A stretch of DNA of 57,861 nt from Candidatus Omnitrophota bacterium (GTDB lineage Bacteria > Omnitrophota > Gorgyraeia > Gygaellales > Profunditerraquicolaceae): NCBI GenBank assembly GCA_041650795.1, contig JBAZKK010000005.1, positions 1 to 57,861 on the forward strand, written 5' to 3'. Below the pieces are notes generated by a model that had not been told where the DNA came from, did no database searches, and saw only the letters and a list, made by a program, of their open reading frames with translations. Both the position numbers and the translations under genes were made by a program. Of the stretch, positions 17,196 to 26,181 are shown piece by piece; position 1 is the first letter of the stretch, and every line of letters begins with the position of its first letter.

Positions 17196-18476
17196 TTAAC
17201 GTGCCATATTTACAAGGAGAGGCATGATGTCGCGGCCTTTTAATGCGCCGATGGAGCCGAGCTTCGAGGACTTCTCGGAAAAACTCAAAGAACCGTCGGG
17301 CTTGATGTTCCCGCCGCAGACCAGCAAGGGCACCGGATCGGCAGAATGGGCCTTGATGGCGCAAACCGTAGAATGGTCAGCCGTTACCGCTACGATAGTA
17401 TCGCTAAGGTCAAGGCTGGGAAGGAGGTTGCTAAAAAAGAACTTGTCGATCGCCTCGATGATATCCTTTTTCTTCCTGTAATCTCCGTCATGGGCAGGCT
17501 CGTCAGGACCCTTGATATGCACATAGATGCCGTCGTAAATCTTCAAGGACTCCAGGGCCACCTTTGCCCAAACCGGATAATCTACGTCAAGGTGGCCGGT
17601 GGATTCCGGCACCTCGATAATCTCCATCCCGGTCAAAAGAGCAATCCCCTTCTCCACCGGCATCTGCACAAAGGAGCCGAACCTAAGCTTGTAGACATCG
17701 CCCATCTTAGGGAATTTCGGAAGGCGGTCACCGGCATCGCGCGATAAAATCACATTGGCCGGGAGTTTCCCTTCGGCAAGCCTCTTCTTATTCAGGGCAC
17801 ATTCATTGAGGACGAGATTGGACTTTTGGGTAAATTCATTCAGGAGGTTCGCGGCCTCCGCTGCCTCGGAGGAATCCTCATATCCCGGCATAGGCGCTGA
17901 AACGGAAACGGTATTCTCAAATTTCTCCTTGGCTACGCCAAATACCCCTTCGCGGTCATAGGCAGGGTCGGTATTGGTAATCCAGCCTGATAACTTGGAA
18001 CGCATCCCGCGTATCACCAGCACCCCGCGGTGGCCGATGGTGTTCTTAAACTCAAATGTGCCGTTGGTAAGGGCGACCTTGGAATTTATCTCCTTGGAAA
18101 GCGCGGTGGCCTCTTCGGTAACAAGGTTCCTGCCTACCCGGCGGTCCTTGATGGCTTTGCCGTCAGCTCCAACAGTGGCGAAATTCACCCTGAAAGCCAC
18201 GTCTCCGTCATTAACGCTTAAGCCCTCGGCAAAGGACTCTAAAGGACCCCTGCCGGTATAATACTTGTGCGCATCATACCCCAACAGGCTGATTACCGCG
18301 ATATCGGATTCGGGAGCAATGCCCTCCCCTACCGTATAGACAAATCCCGTAATGCCTTTTTGCGCCAGGCGGTCAAGATTAGGGGTAAGCGCAGCCTCAA
18401 GGGGGGTCTTGTCATCCAAATCCTTAAGCGGCAGGTCCCCTAAACCGTCCAGCACAATATATAATATTTTTTTCAT
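17196..18476 (-). CDS. apgM: 2,3-bisphosphoglycerate-independent phosphoglycerate mutase, archaeal type
   Basis: IVLDGLGD, TPLEAALTPNLDRLA, PESDIA (catalytic Ser), VAFRVNF, HIKGPDEPAHDG, TADHST. Confidence 0.9.
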   Translation of the reverse strand: MKKILYIVLDGLGDLPLKDLDDKTPLEAALTPNLDRLAQKGITGFVYTVGEGIAPESDIAVISLLGYDAHKYYTGRGPLESFAEGLSVNDGDVAFRVNFATVGADGKAIKDRRVGRNLVTEEATALSKEINSKVALTNGTFEFKNTIGHRGVLVIRGMRSKLSGWITNTDPAYDREGVFGVAKEKFENTVSVSAPMPGYEDSSEAAEAANLLNEFTQKSNLVLNECALNKKRLAEGKLPANVILSRDAGDRLPKFPKMGDVYKLRFGSFVQMPVEKGIALLTGMEIIEVPESTGHLDVDYPVWAKVALESLKIYDGIYVHIKGPDEPAHDGDYRKKKDIIEAIDKFFFSNLLPSLDLSDTIVAVTADHSTVCAIKAHSADPVPLLVCGGNIKPDGSLSFSEKSSKLGSIGALKGRDIMPLLVNMAR

Positions 18477-18492
18477 TATTTACTCTCCTGCC

Positions 18493-20799
18493 CTAACACT
18501 TTGAAAACCCGCAGGCATGACACTTGACGCAGCCTTCCTCATGCCGCAGCGCACCCCCGCAATCAGGGCAAACCCCTACGATATTTCCGTGGGTTTTATT
18601 ATCCTTCAGCTCGCTGCCGTCCTCGCTGGAATGCTTCATGGCTACGCTGGCAGCCTCCACCTCCTCGGGAACAACATTTACATTTGCGTTAACCAGTCTC
18701 TTCTCAACCACCCGCGCAATGGCGTCTGCGCAGGAGAATATACGCTGCCCCTTTTCCCAGGAAGGAGAAGGGCAACGGATATTGCGCAACTGCTCAATTA
18801 TGGATTTTACCTCAATGCCCGAACGGAAACCCAGCGAAACCAGGCGGCCGATCGCCTCCAACTGCGATGCGGCGCAACCGCCGGCCTTGCCCATCTGGGT
18901 AAAAAGCTCGAAGGGCTTTCCCCGCTCGTCAACGTTGATAGTCACGTAAAGGTTGCCGCAACCGGTGGAGACCTTGGTAGTAGTGCCGATAATCACCTCC
19001 GGACGCGGCCGCGGAGCGATCTCTTTATTTACGGGCTGCGCTGCCGCTTGCCCCTCGGATTTAGCATCCTTGACTGTCCCAATATTCAAAACCTGCTCCT
19101 CGCGGCTCCTGTCGCGGTAAATGGTAATACCTTTACACCCCAGCTCATAAGCCAAAAGATAAGATTTCCTTACGTCATCAATGGTAGCCTCATGCGCAAA
19201 ATTTATGGTCTTGGAAGTAGCGTTGTGCACGTATCTCTGGAAAGCTGCCTGCATACGCACGTGCCACTCCGGCGAGATGTCGTGGGAGGTAACGAAGATG
19301 CGCTTGACGTCTTCGGGAACCTCCGGGATATCCTTGAGGCACCCTTTATCCGCAATCTTCTGCATCAGCTGAAGGCTGTAGAAACCGCGCTGGCGCGCAA
19401 CCTCTTCAAATATGGGGTCCACCTCCAGCAGCTTATCGTTATCCATGACGTTACGGTGATACACTATGGCAAACAAGGGCTCGATGCCAGAAGAGCATGG
19501 ACCTGCGATAATACTGATGGTGCCGGTAGGGGCAATGGTGGTAAGAGTGGCGTTACGCACCTTGATGCCCTTTTCCTTCCTGTCATAAATACTGCCTTTA
19601 TATGCCGGGAAGGCCCCTTTTTCTTTTGCCAACTCCTGGGATTTTTTCGTCGCCTCATCCAGGATAAAAGCCATCACCTTCTCTGCAAGGGCTACCGCCT
19701 CTTCGGAATCATACGGGATACCCAGGCGGATAAGCAGGCTTGCCCATCCCATCACGCCTAAGCCTATCTTGCGCGTCAGCTTAGTGGCCTTCTCAATCTC
19801 CGGCAGAGGGTACCTATTTACATCGATAAGGTCATCCAGAAAATGCACTGCCAGGCGGCTTACCTCTTTGAGTTTCTGCCAGTCTATCTCTGCGCGGCCG
19901 TTTATCTTCCTGCACATGCGCTCAAGGTTAATCGAACCCAGGTCACAGCTCTCATAGGGCAGGAGAGGCTGCTCTCCGCAGGGATTGGTGCTTTCAATCC
20001 TCCCCAGTTTCGGGGTGGGGTTTTCCTGATTGACACGGTCGATAAAGATAATGCCCGGCTCGCCGTTCTTGTGCGCCTGCTTTACAATCAACTCAAATAC
20101 ATCCTTGGCATTAAGGCGCCCCACTACTTTCTTCCCGCGAGGGTCAATTAAATCGTAATCCTCCCCTGACTTGAGTTTTTTCATGAAATCATCGGTAATG
20201 GCGACCGAGATGTTGAAATTGTTGATGGACCTGTTATTCTCCTTGCAGGTGATAAACTCCAGGATGTCCGGGTGGTCTACCGCAAGTATCCCCATGTTTG
20301 CGCCTCGGCGGGTACCCCCCTGCTTTACGGCCTCGGTAGCGGAATCATAAACCTTCATAAAGGAAACCGGGCCCGATGCCACCCCTCCGGTAGTCTTGAC
20401 TACCGAGTTCTTGGGGCGAAGCCGCGAAAAAGAAAACCCGGTCCCTCCACCGCTCTTATGTATGATGGCAGTGGCCTTTAAGGTCTCGAATATCGACTCC
20501 ATCGCGTCATCGATAGGCAGGGTAAAGCAGGCGGAGAGCTGCCCCAGATCCCTGCCTGCGTTCATAAGGCAAGGGGAATTAGGAAGGAATTCCAGCGCCG
20601 TCATTGCGCGGCAGAATGAATCCGCCACCCCTGCTACCTCTTTCTCTTCTGCGCCGTAAAGCTTTTCCGCCTCGGCAATGGCCCGAGCCACCCTACGGAA
20701 CAACTCTTCAGGGGTTTCCACCACTTCTCCTTCGGTATTTTTTTTGAGGTAACGCCTCTCTAGGACCTTCAGGGAATTTTGGGATAATTTCAATGACAT
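18493..20799 (-). CDS. nrdJ: Class II (adenosylcobalamin-dependent) ribonucleotide reductase with TSCPD domain and C-terminal Zn ribbon; no ATP-cone
   Basis: FLPNSPCLMNAG, QLSACF, GGGTGFSFS, QGGTRRGANM, STNPCGEQPL, TTIAPTGTIS, GCKGITIYRD, TGCGNLYVT, CPDCG...CHACGFSKC. Confidence 0.96.
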   Translation of the reverse strand: MSLKLSQNSLKVLERRYLKKNTEGEVVETPEELFRRVARAIAEAEKLYGAEEKEVAGVADSFCRAMTALEFLPNSPCLMNAGRDLGQLSACFTLPIDDAMESIFETLKATAIIHKSGGGTGFSFSRLRPKNSVVKTTGGVASGPVSFMKVYDSATEAVKQGGTRRGANMGILAVDHPDILEFITCKENNRSINNFNISVAITDDFMKKLKSGEDYDLIDPRGKKVVGRLNAKDVFELIVKQAHKNGEPGIIFIDRVNQENPTPKLGRIESTNPCGEQPLLPYESCDLGSINLERMCRKINGRAEIDWQKLKEVSRLAVHFLDDLIDVNRYPLPEIEKATKLTRKIGLGVMGWASLLIRLGIPYDSEEAVALAEKVMAFILDEATKKSQELAKEKGAFPAYKGSIYDRKEKGIKVRNATLTTIAPTGTISIIAGPCSSGIEPLFAIVYHRNVMDNDKLLEVDPIFEEVARQRGFYSLQLMQKIADKGCLKDIPEVPEDVKRIFVTSHDISPEWHVRMQAAFQRYVHNATSKTINFAHEATIDDVRKSYLLAYELGCKGITIYRDRSREEQVLNIGTVKDAKSEGQAAAQPVNKEIAPRPRPEVIIGTTTKVSTGCGNLYVTINVDERGKPFELFTQMGKAGGCAASQLEAIGRLVSLGFRSGIEVKSIIEQLRNIRCPSPSWEKGQRIFSCADAIARVVEKRLVNANVNVVPEEVEAASVAMKHSSEDGSELKDNKTHGNIVGVCPDCGGALRHEEGCVKCHACGFSKC

Positions 20800-20843
20800 G
20801 GCGCGCTCCGCGTTAAAATGTTGATTGATGATCGATAGAGAAA

Positions 20844-20872
20844 AGTATAAATGTTATTGCAATGTTTGTCAA
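20844..20872 (-). promoter_or_regulatory. Sigma70-type promoter of nrdJ
   Basis: Minus strand TTGACA-17 nt-TATACT. Confidence 0.85.
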
Positions 20873-20879
20873 CAAAAAA

Positions 20880-20926
20880 ATACAATATCTGGTAGGTGAT
20901 CTGTTTAAATATACAACAAGTTGTAT
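20880..20926. promoter_or_regulatory. Tandem NrdR boxes
   Basis: ATACAATATCTGGTAG (20880-20895) and ATACAACAAGTTGTAT (20911-20926), 31 bp apart, matching the acaCwAtATaTwGtgt NrdR consensus, just upstream of the nrdJ -35. Confidence 0.82.
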
Positions 20927-21957
20927 TATTTCCCGAGCGGGCGGCAGGATTCCCGGATCACGAGTTCCGTCGGCAAAACCCTTTTTTTAGGGGCGTTATC
21001 CTTGCTTTTGGAATTCATGATATTGTATAATTCCTTGACGCTCTCCTCTGCCATCTTTATTAACGGCTGTTTCACGGTAGTCAGGGCAACCGGTCCATAA
21101 AGCCCCGAAGGGTTATCATCAAAACCGATAATGGATAAGTCGCGCGGTATCTCTCTCGCCATTTCTCTGGCTACCGCCATCACCTCCAGCGCCATAGAGT
21201 CTGAGGCTACAAATACCGCGCTGGGAGGCTCCTTCATCTTTAAGAGCGTCTCTGCTGCCTGGCGCGCCTGGCCGCGCGAGTAATCAGTTTTAAAAACCAA
21301 TTCCTCCTTGAAAATGATGTTATTCTTATCAAGGGCCTTCTTGTACCCCTCAAAACGCTGTGCTGCCGCCTGGGTTACCAGGTCGCCGCTGATGTGCGCT
21401 ATTTTCTTATGGCCGAGGCTAATGAGGTAATTCACCGCAGCCTCGGCCCCTCCGACATTATCCACCGCTATACAACTGACCGGAAGGTCCTGAAGGTAAT
21501 TATTAATAACGACACAGGGGATGCCGCCTGCGACAGCATCCTCCACCTGGGCGCGGTTGCCGATAATATCCGAGAATATCACCCCTCCCAGGCCCGTTAG
21601 ATTCAACTGGGTGCGCGTATCCGTAAGATGCAGAAGGAGGTCAAGTTTGAGCGCTTCGCAAAGTGTGCCGATGCCGCGGATTAACTCCAGGGCGTAGAAT
21701 GAATAAAATACCCCTTCGTAACGCGGTATCACCAGGGCTACGATGTTGCTCCTGCCGCTGGCAAGCTGCTGCGCGAGGCTGGAAGGCTGGTATTTAAGCT
21801 GCTTCATCACCTCTAATACCCGCCGCCGGTTCGCCTCCTTGACTGAAGGGAATTTATTGATGACGCGCGAAACCGTCGTAATGGAAACCCCGCTTAAGCG
21901 GGCGACGTCATGAATGGAAACTGCCTTGCCGGAGGTTGGTTTTTTAGTGCGGGTCAT
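20926..21957 (-). CDS. LacI-family transcriptional regulator
   Basis: SIHDVARLSGVSITTVSRVIN helix-turn-helix, YQPSSLAQQL hinge, IGFDDN, LTTVKQP, LVIRESC. Confidence 0.96.
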   Translation of the reverse strand: MTRTKKPTSGKAVSIHDVARLSGVSITTVSRVINKFPSVKEANRRRVLEVMKQLKYQPSSLAQQLASGRSNIVALVIPRYEGVFYSFYALELIRGIGTLCEALKLDLLLHLTDTRTQLNLTGLGGVIFSDIIGNRAQVEDAVAGGIPCVVINNYLQDLPVSCIAVDNVGGAEAAVNYLISLGHKKIAHISGDLVTQAAAQRFEGYKKALDKNNIIFKEELVFKTDYSRGQARQAAETLLKMKEPPSAVFVASDSMALEVMAVAREMAREIPRDLSIIGFDDNPSGLYGPVALTTVKQPLIKMAEESVKELYNIMNSKSKDNAPKKRVLPTELVIRESCRPLGK

Positions 21958-21973
21958 TTATATGAAGACTCTG

Positions 21974-23140
21974 TTACTTTATAATATCGCCTACCTTGAT
22001 GGGGGTCTTTTCTTCCTTGATGTCACAGGCGGTAATACCCTTGCGCGCCTGCACCACCTCGATAGTCCCCACCAGTTTCCCCGAACGGTAAACATGAAAG
22101 ATATCTCCGATCTTCAAACCATAATCCTCTCCCAGGTCAATGATAATGAACCTGCTCTCGCGGTTTACCTCGAGTATCCTGCCAATCCCTTCGGTGGCGG
22201 CTGAGATGCGCTCTGCAGGCGCAGGCATTTCTGAGCCGGGCCGCACCACAATCGGTGGCAGCTCCACTGATTCCTTCTTGGGTTCGTTTGTCTCTGGTTC
22301 TTCTCCGCTGCGGATAGCCTGAAGCTTCTCTTTGACGTCTCCCATCTGGTACATCTTACTCTCCAGCATTGTTCCCATCTCGTCAAACTGCCGCTGGAGG
22401 GCAGCCTTATCTTCCTGGAGCTTCTGCAACTTGTTCTCCAGGTATGTCTTGCGGCTGCCAAGATACCTCAATTGTCTGCGGAGAGAGGAATTTTCCTTCT
22501 TGACGGCCGCGAGGTTATCCTGGATTTTCATCTTGGCGTTCTTTTCCCTCACCAGGTCTATGCTGATGCTATCCATCCCCTGCACCTGCTGCTCAAGAAT
22601 CTCTTTGTCGCGGGCAAGGTTCTTCAAGTCCAACTCCAGGGACCCCTTGTCGCGCTTGAGCTGTTCATTTGCAATCTTGAGCCTCTCCAATTCGCTGCGC
22701 AGCCCCTCCACCCGCACCGAGAGGTCCGTTTTATCCTTCAATACCTTTGCCCAATAAGACTCTTCCTTGGAAGATGCGCTCTCGGAGACCCCTTGCCTGG
22801 CCTCGCCAATCTGGTCTTTCAACCTTTCCTGCGTTGCATCCCTTTCCTTAACCAGGGCCTCATATTGTTTCTGGAGCTCGTCCCTACGGGATGCAAGTTC
22901 ATCCTTCTCTTTGGCAAGTTTATCCAGCTCTTCCTTTAAGGCACCGAACTTATTCTCAATCTCCTTTTTATCCTTAATGCCATCCTCGACCTTTTTGGCG
23001 AGAGAGGCATTTTCTTCTTTGAGGGCGTCCCTGGCGAGCTCCGCTGCCTTGCGGGAATTGCAACTCTGGAAGTTGGCAAAGACGCTGATTAATAAGGCTG
23101 CTGCCAGGCCTATTGCCACAAACTTTATCTTATCTTCCAT
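21974..23140 (-). CDS. Membrane-anchored long coiled-coil protein with C-terminal beta domain
   Basis: N-terminal hydrophobic anchor (FVAIGLAAALLISVFA), about 270 aa of heptad repeats, Pro-rich linker, C-terminal GRILEVNRESRFIIIDLGEDYGLKIGDIFHVYR (FlgT-C-like by eye). Confidence 0.75.
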   Translation of the reverse strand: MEDKIKFVAIGLAAALLISVFANFQSCNSRKAAELARDALKEENASLAKKVEDGIKDKKEIENKFGALKEELDKLAKEKDELASRRDELQKQYEALVKERDATQERLKDQIGEARQGVSESASSKEESYWAKVLKDKTDLSVRVEGLRSELERLKIANEQLKRDKGSLELDLKNLARDKEILEQQVQGMDSISIDLVREKNAKMKIQDNLAAVKKENSSLRRQLRYLGSRKTYLENKLQKLQEDKAALQRQFDEMGTMLESKMYQMGDVKEKLQAIRSGEEPETNEPKKESVELPPIVVRPGSEMPAPAERISAATEGIGRILEVNRESRFIIIDLGEDYGLKIGDIFHVYRSGKLVGTIEVVQARKGITACDIKEEKTPIKVGDIIK

Positions 23141-23162
23141 AAACCTTCCTTCATCTTTTAAG

Positions 23163-24398
23163 CTATAGCAGGCGCGCGAATATCTTCTGGGCCACCAGGC
23201 TTGCCGCCCCCGCTGCCACGGCGTTCTCCCTGAGGGCCGAATAAATAATCCTTAGGTCCTGCGTCTCTTCCCTAAAGGCCCAGTCTTTGACAGTGGAATT
23301 TACGGCCTCCAAGAATCTCTCACCGGCATCCTCCAGTCCCCCTCCGATAATGACCGTTTCGGGGTTCAACAAATTCACGAGATAGGCGATCTTGATGCCT
23401 AACCTCTTGGCAGCCCTCTCTAATGCCGCAACCGAGGTAGGATCGTTCTCCTGGGCTGCGCTTAAGATTGTCTTGAGCTCGAGACTGGTCGAATCAACCG
23501 AAGTCATTTTAAAGAACTTCTCCGCAGCCCTATGGTCGCGGGAGAATACCGTCTTTAAGTCCTCCGTTATCCCGAGGTCGGTCTCCCAGCGTTTCAGGAA
23601 ACAGTTATTGCCTATTTTGCAATTAAAGAGGTCGTCCTGGCGATAATTATAAATGGAGACCTCTCCTGCATAACCGTTGGTGCCGGTGTAGATTTCTCCG
23701 TTGATGATTATACCACAGCCTACCCCGGAAAACATATAAATGACATTTTTGAATTCGCGCTCGATGTCCATCCATTGCTCTCCGAAACAGGCGCAGGTAG
23801 CGTCATTCTCTATTAAGACCGGCAGGTCGAACTCGTTCTCAATAAGCTCGGCCAGCGAGAGGTCAACCGAGGCATAGGTATAATAATGGTCCATCCTCTG
23901 CGGCCAGTGGATGGAGCCGTCCTTTTTATTAATGAGTCCTGCGATGCCGACCCCGATGCCCTTGATATTAGCAGTGTACTGCTTGGAGCGCTTAAGGATC
24001 TCGCGGATAATCTCCAGCACGCACTCCGCAATCTCCTTGACGTTGGCGCGGGGCCTGGCAATCTGGGTCTTGGTAAGAATATTGCCCTTGAGGTCTACCA
24101 GGAGGCCGACCATATTCATAAGGTTCAAACCCACGCCTATGATGTAACCGCCGTGGGGGTTTAGTTCTATTAGGGTGGGACGCCTCCCTCCTTCAGATAC
24201 ATCGAGCTCCTTCTCGTAAACAAGCTTATTCTTCAGGAAATCATCGATGTAATTGGAGACGGTAACTACGTTTATTCCTATTTCTTTGGAGATGTCCGGC
24301 CGGCTGATAGGGCCTTTTTTCCTGAGGATTTCGAGGATCCGGATGTTGCGTCTTTCCTTTTCGCTGAATTCCTGTTTTTGCAGGTCGATATTCCTCAT
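23163..24398 (-). CDS. ROK-family transcriptional regulator (NagC/XylR-like)
   Basis: N-terminal winged helix (ISRPDISKEIGINVVTVSNYI), GGRRP linker, GIGVGIAGLI, PVLIENDATCACFGE, GVGCGIIINGEIY, VNLLNPETVIIGG. Confidence 0.92.
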   Translation of the reverse strand: MRNIDLQKQEFSEKERRNIRILEILRKKGPISRPDISKEIGINVVTVSNYIDDFLKNKLVYEKELDVSEGGRRPTLIELNPHGGYIIGVGLNLMNMVGLLVDLKGNILTKTQIARPRANVKEIAECVLEIIREILKRSKQYTANIKGIGVGIAGLINKKDGSIHWPQRMDHYYTYASVDLSLAELIENEFDLPVLIENDATCACFGEQWMDIEREFKNVIYMFSGVGCGIIINGEIYTGTNGYAGEVSIYNYRQDDLFNCKIGNNCFLKRWETDLGITEDLKTVFSRDHRAAEKFFKMTSVDSTSLELKTILSAAQENDPTSVAALERAAKRLGIKIAYLVNLLNPETVIIGGGLEDAGERFLEAVNSTVKDWAFREETQDLRIIYSALRENAVAAGAASLVAQKIFARLL

Positions 24399-24443
24399 CC
24401 GGCAGAATTAGTTTTTTTGAAATATGTCCTTAATTAAGACTTA

Positions 24444-24472
24444 TTTATACTATTAAATATACTATAAGTCAA
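24444..24472 (-). promoter_or_regulatory. Sigma70-type promoter of the ROK-coiled-coil-LacI unit, flanked by a GACTTAT/ATAAGTC inverted repeat
   Basis: Minus strand TTGACT-17 nt-TATAAA. Inverted repeat arms at 24438-24444 and 24464-24470 (possible operator). Confidence 0.7.
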
Positions 24473-24492
24473 GTATTTTTAAGAACTAAGGA

Positions 24493-26181
24493 TTAGGGGG
24501 TCCCGGGGGAATCGTAAACATCCACGATATCCAGATTACGGTCAACAACCCCGCTAGCGGAGACTATTACCAGGTTTACCTCCTTGCTTCCGTTGTGGAT
24601 GTACTGGGTAGTAAAAGCGGACTGGCTGGTGTCGGGCTTGGTCAGCCCCCGGCTATCCGGAGCTGTGGATGAATCATTGCTTACATCATGATAAGCCCCC
24701 AGGTGCCCTGACCAGAGATACTGGAATTCCGGCTGCAGGCATCCGTTATCGCCGTAATAATAAGAGGAACTTATATTAACATCCTGGTTCCTGGGGCTGC
24801 GGTAAGGATGGCAGTTCAATTCAAATTTAGTGCGGTCAGACTGGACATCCTGCGGTCTTAACGAAACATCTATGAAGGTCTTGAGGTTATATTCTATCGG
24901 CCTGGACCCGTCCAGTTCAGCAATCCTCTCGTTGGCAAGCGCCACCGTTTCTCTAAAACCATCCCCGGCCTTATCCTTAAGAGCCAGGTAATAACGGCGG
25001 GCTTCTTCATTCTTGCCCTCCCACTGCGCCAGGAGCCCCAGCTGATAGATGGCTGAGATTACCTGCGGGCTGACCTTATCGCTATCGGATAATTTTGTAA
25101 AATATCCCCTGCCTCCCGAGATGTCGCGCATGATATAGGTCGTGATGATTCCTAATTTATACTGCGCTTCGTCATTTTCTGGGTTATCCGGAAAAGAAGC
25201 CACGAAATCCCTGTATCTATCCTTGGCCGCAAGGAAATCTTTACCTTTTTCCAGGTTGAACGCGCGAAGATACATCAACTTCTCATCAAGGGCTTCTTTA
25301 CCCCCCAGTTCCTCTATTCTGGCAAATACCTTCTCGGCATAAAGAGGGTCGTTGGGCCTGTTGTCGCCGTAGGAAAATTGCCTCGCAATCTCAATCAGCT
25401 CCGGGGCAGCCGCAGCACCTTGCGCCTGCGCTATCCTTTCTATGTAAGCGTCGTAAACGGCCTCTGCCAAGTCCAGGTTGCCTTGGCTGTAGAAACCCAG
25501 GGCGGCCTTCTTTATTTTTCCGCTCTCCTCGCCGGGCGCAACAATTTTAGCGACGTATATCTTATATAACTGACGGGCGTTCCCCTTTTCATTGTAAGAT
25601 GAAAGCTCATCCGCTGCGGTTTTTATCAGGCCGATATCAGCCGCGTTTCCGGCGGCATACTCCTCGGTTTCAGCCATTAACCCTGAAAGCTGTAATTCTC
25701 TAGCCGGGTCCTGCTGATCCTGGTAAAACCTCCAGAGTAGAAGACGGCTTAAGATGCGCAAGGGGTCAGCCGTTGTGGTCCCCTCAAGCACCTTTGCGAT
25801 AGAACCGGTTATTTGAGTGCGCCAGGAATTCTGATTTGCAAAATACTCCTCCCATAACTGGTTATCCTCCAGGTACTTTAACTGCCTGTAGCGGGCAAGG
25901 GCAGTATAATAATCGTTCCATAATGCCAGGCCCTTGTTATCGCCGCCGCCTACAGAGGATAACGCCGTAAGAAAACCGTCAAAATCGTTATTGTTAAAAT
26001 AAAGCTCCCCCAGTTCATTAAATAGGGCGTGAAGCTTGGCGCTGTCTTTAGTTTTGTTTATCTCTGTGACTAAAAGGCTTGCCTTTTTTTGCTCGCGGCT
26101 GTCTAATGCGAATGCCGGCATAGAAAGGCAGACTAAAAAAAACAAAACAATGATGACGGTTCTGGCTAAAAGTGTTTTCAT
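24493..26181 (-). CDS. Exported TPR/alpha-solenoid protein
   Basis: Signal peptide, helical repeats (AKDRYRDFVASFPDNPENDEAQYKLG; AIYQLGLLAQWEGKNEEARRYY), small C-terminal beta domain. ATGA overlap with the upstream glycoside hydrolase gene. Confidence 0.75.
   Translation of the reverse strand: MKTLLARTVIIVLFFLVCLSMPAFALDSREQKKASLLVTEINKTKDSAKLHALFNELGELYFNNNDFDGFLTALSSVGGGDNKGLALWNDYYTALARYRQLKYLEDNQLWEEYFANQNSWRTQITGSIAKVLEGTTTADPLRILSRLLLWRFYQDQQDPARELQLSGLMAETEEYAAGNAADIGLIKTAADELSSYNEKGNARQLYKIYVAKIVAPGEESGKIKKAALGFYSQGNLDLAEAVYDAYIERIAQAQGAAAAPELIEIARQFSYGDNRPNDPLYAEKVFARIEELGGKEALDEKLMYLRAFNLEKGKDFLAAKDRYRDFVASFPDNPENDEAQYKLGIITTYIMRDISGGRGYFTKLSDSDKVSPQVISAIYQLGLLAQWEGKNEEARRYYLALKDKAGDGFRETVALANERIAELDGSRPIEYNLKTFIDVSLRPQDVQSDRTKFELNCHPYRSPRNQDVNISSSYYYGDNGCLQPEFQYLWSGHLGAYHDVSNDSSTAPDSRGLTKPDTSQSAFTTQYIHNGSKEVNLVIVSASGVVDRNLDIVDVYDSPGTP

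Noticed and set aside
18517-19761. 414-aa plus-strand ORF
   Set aside because: Lies entirely antisense to nrdJ, has no recognisable motifs, and is a typical shadow ORF of a GC3-biased gene.
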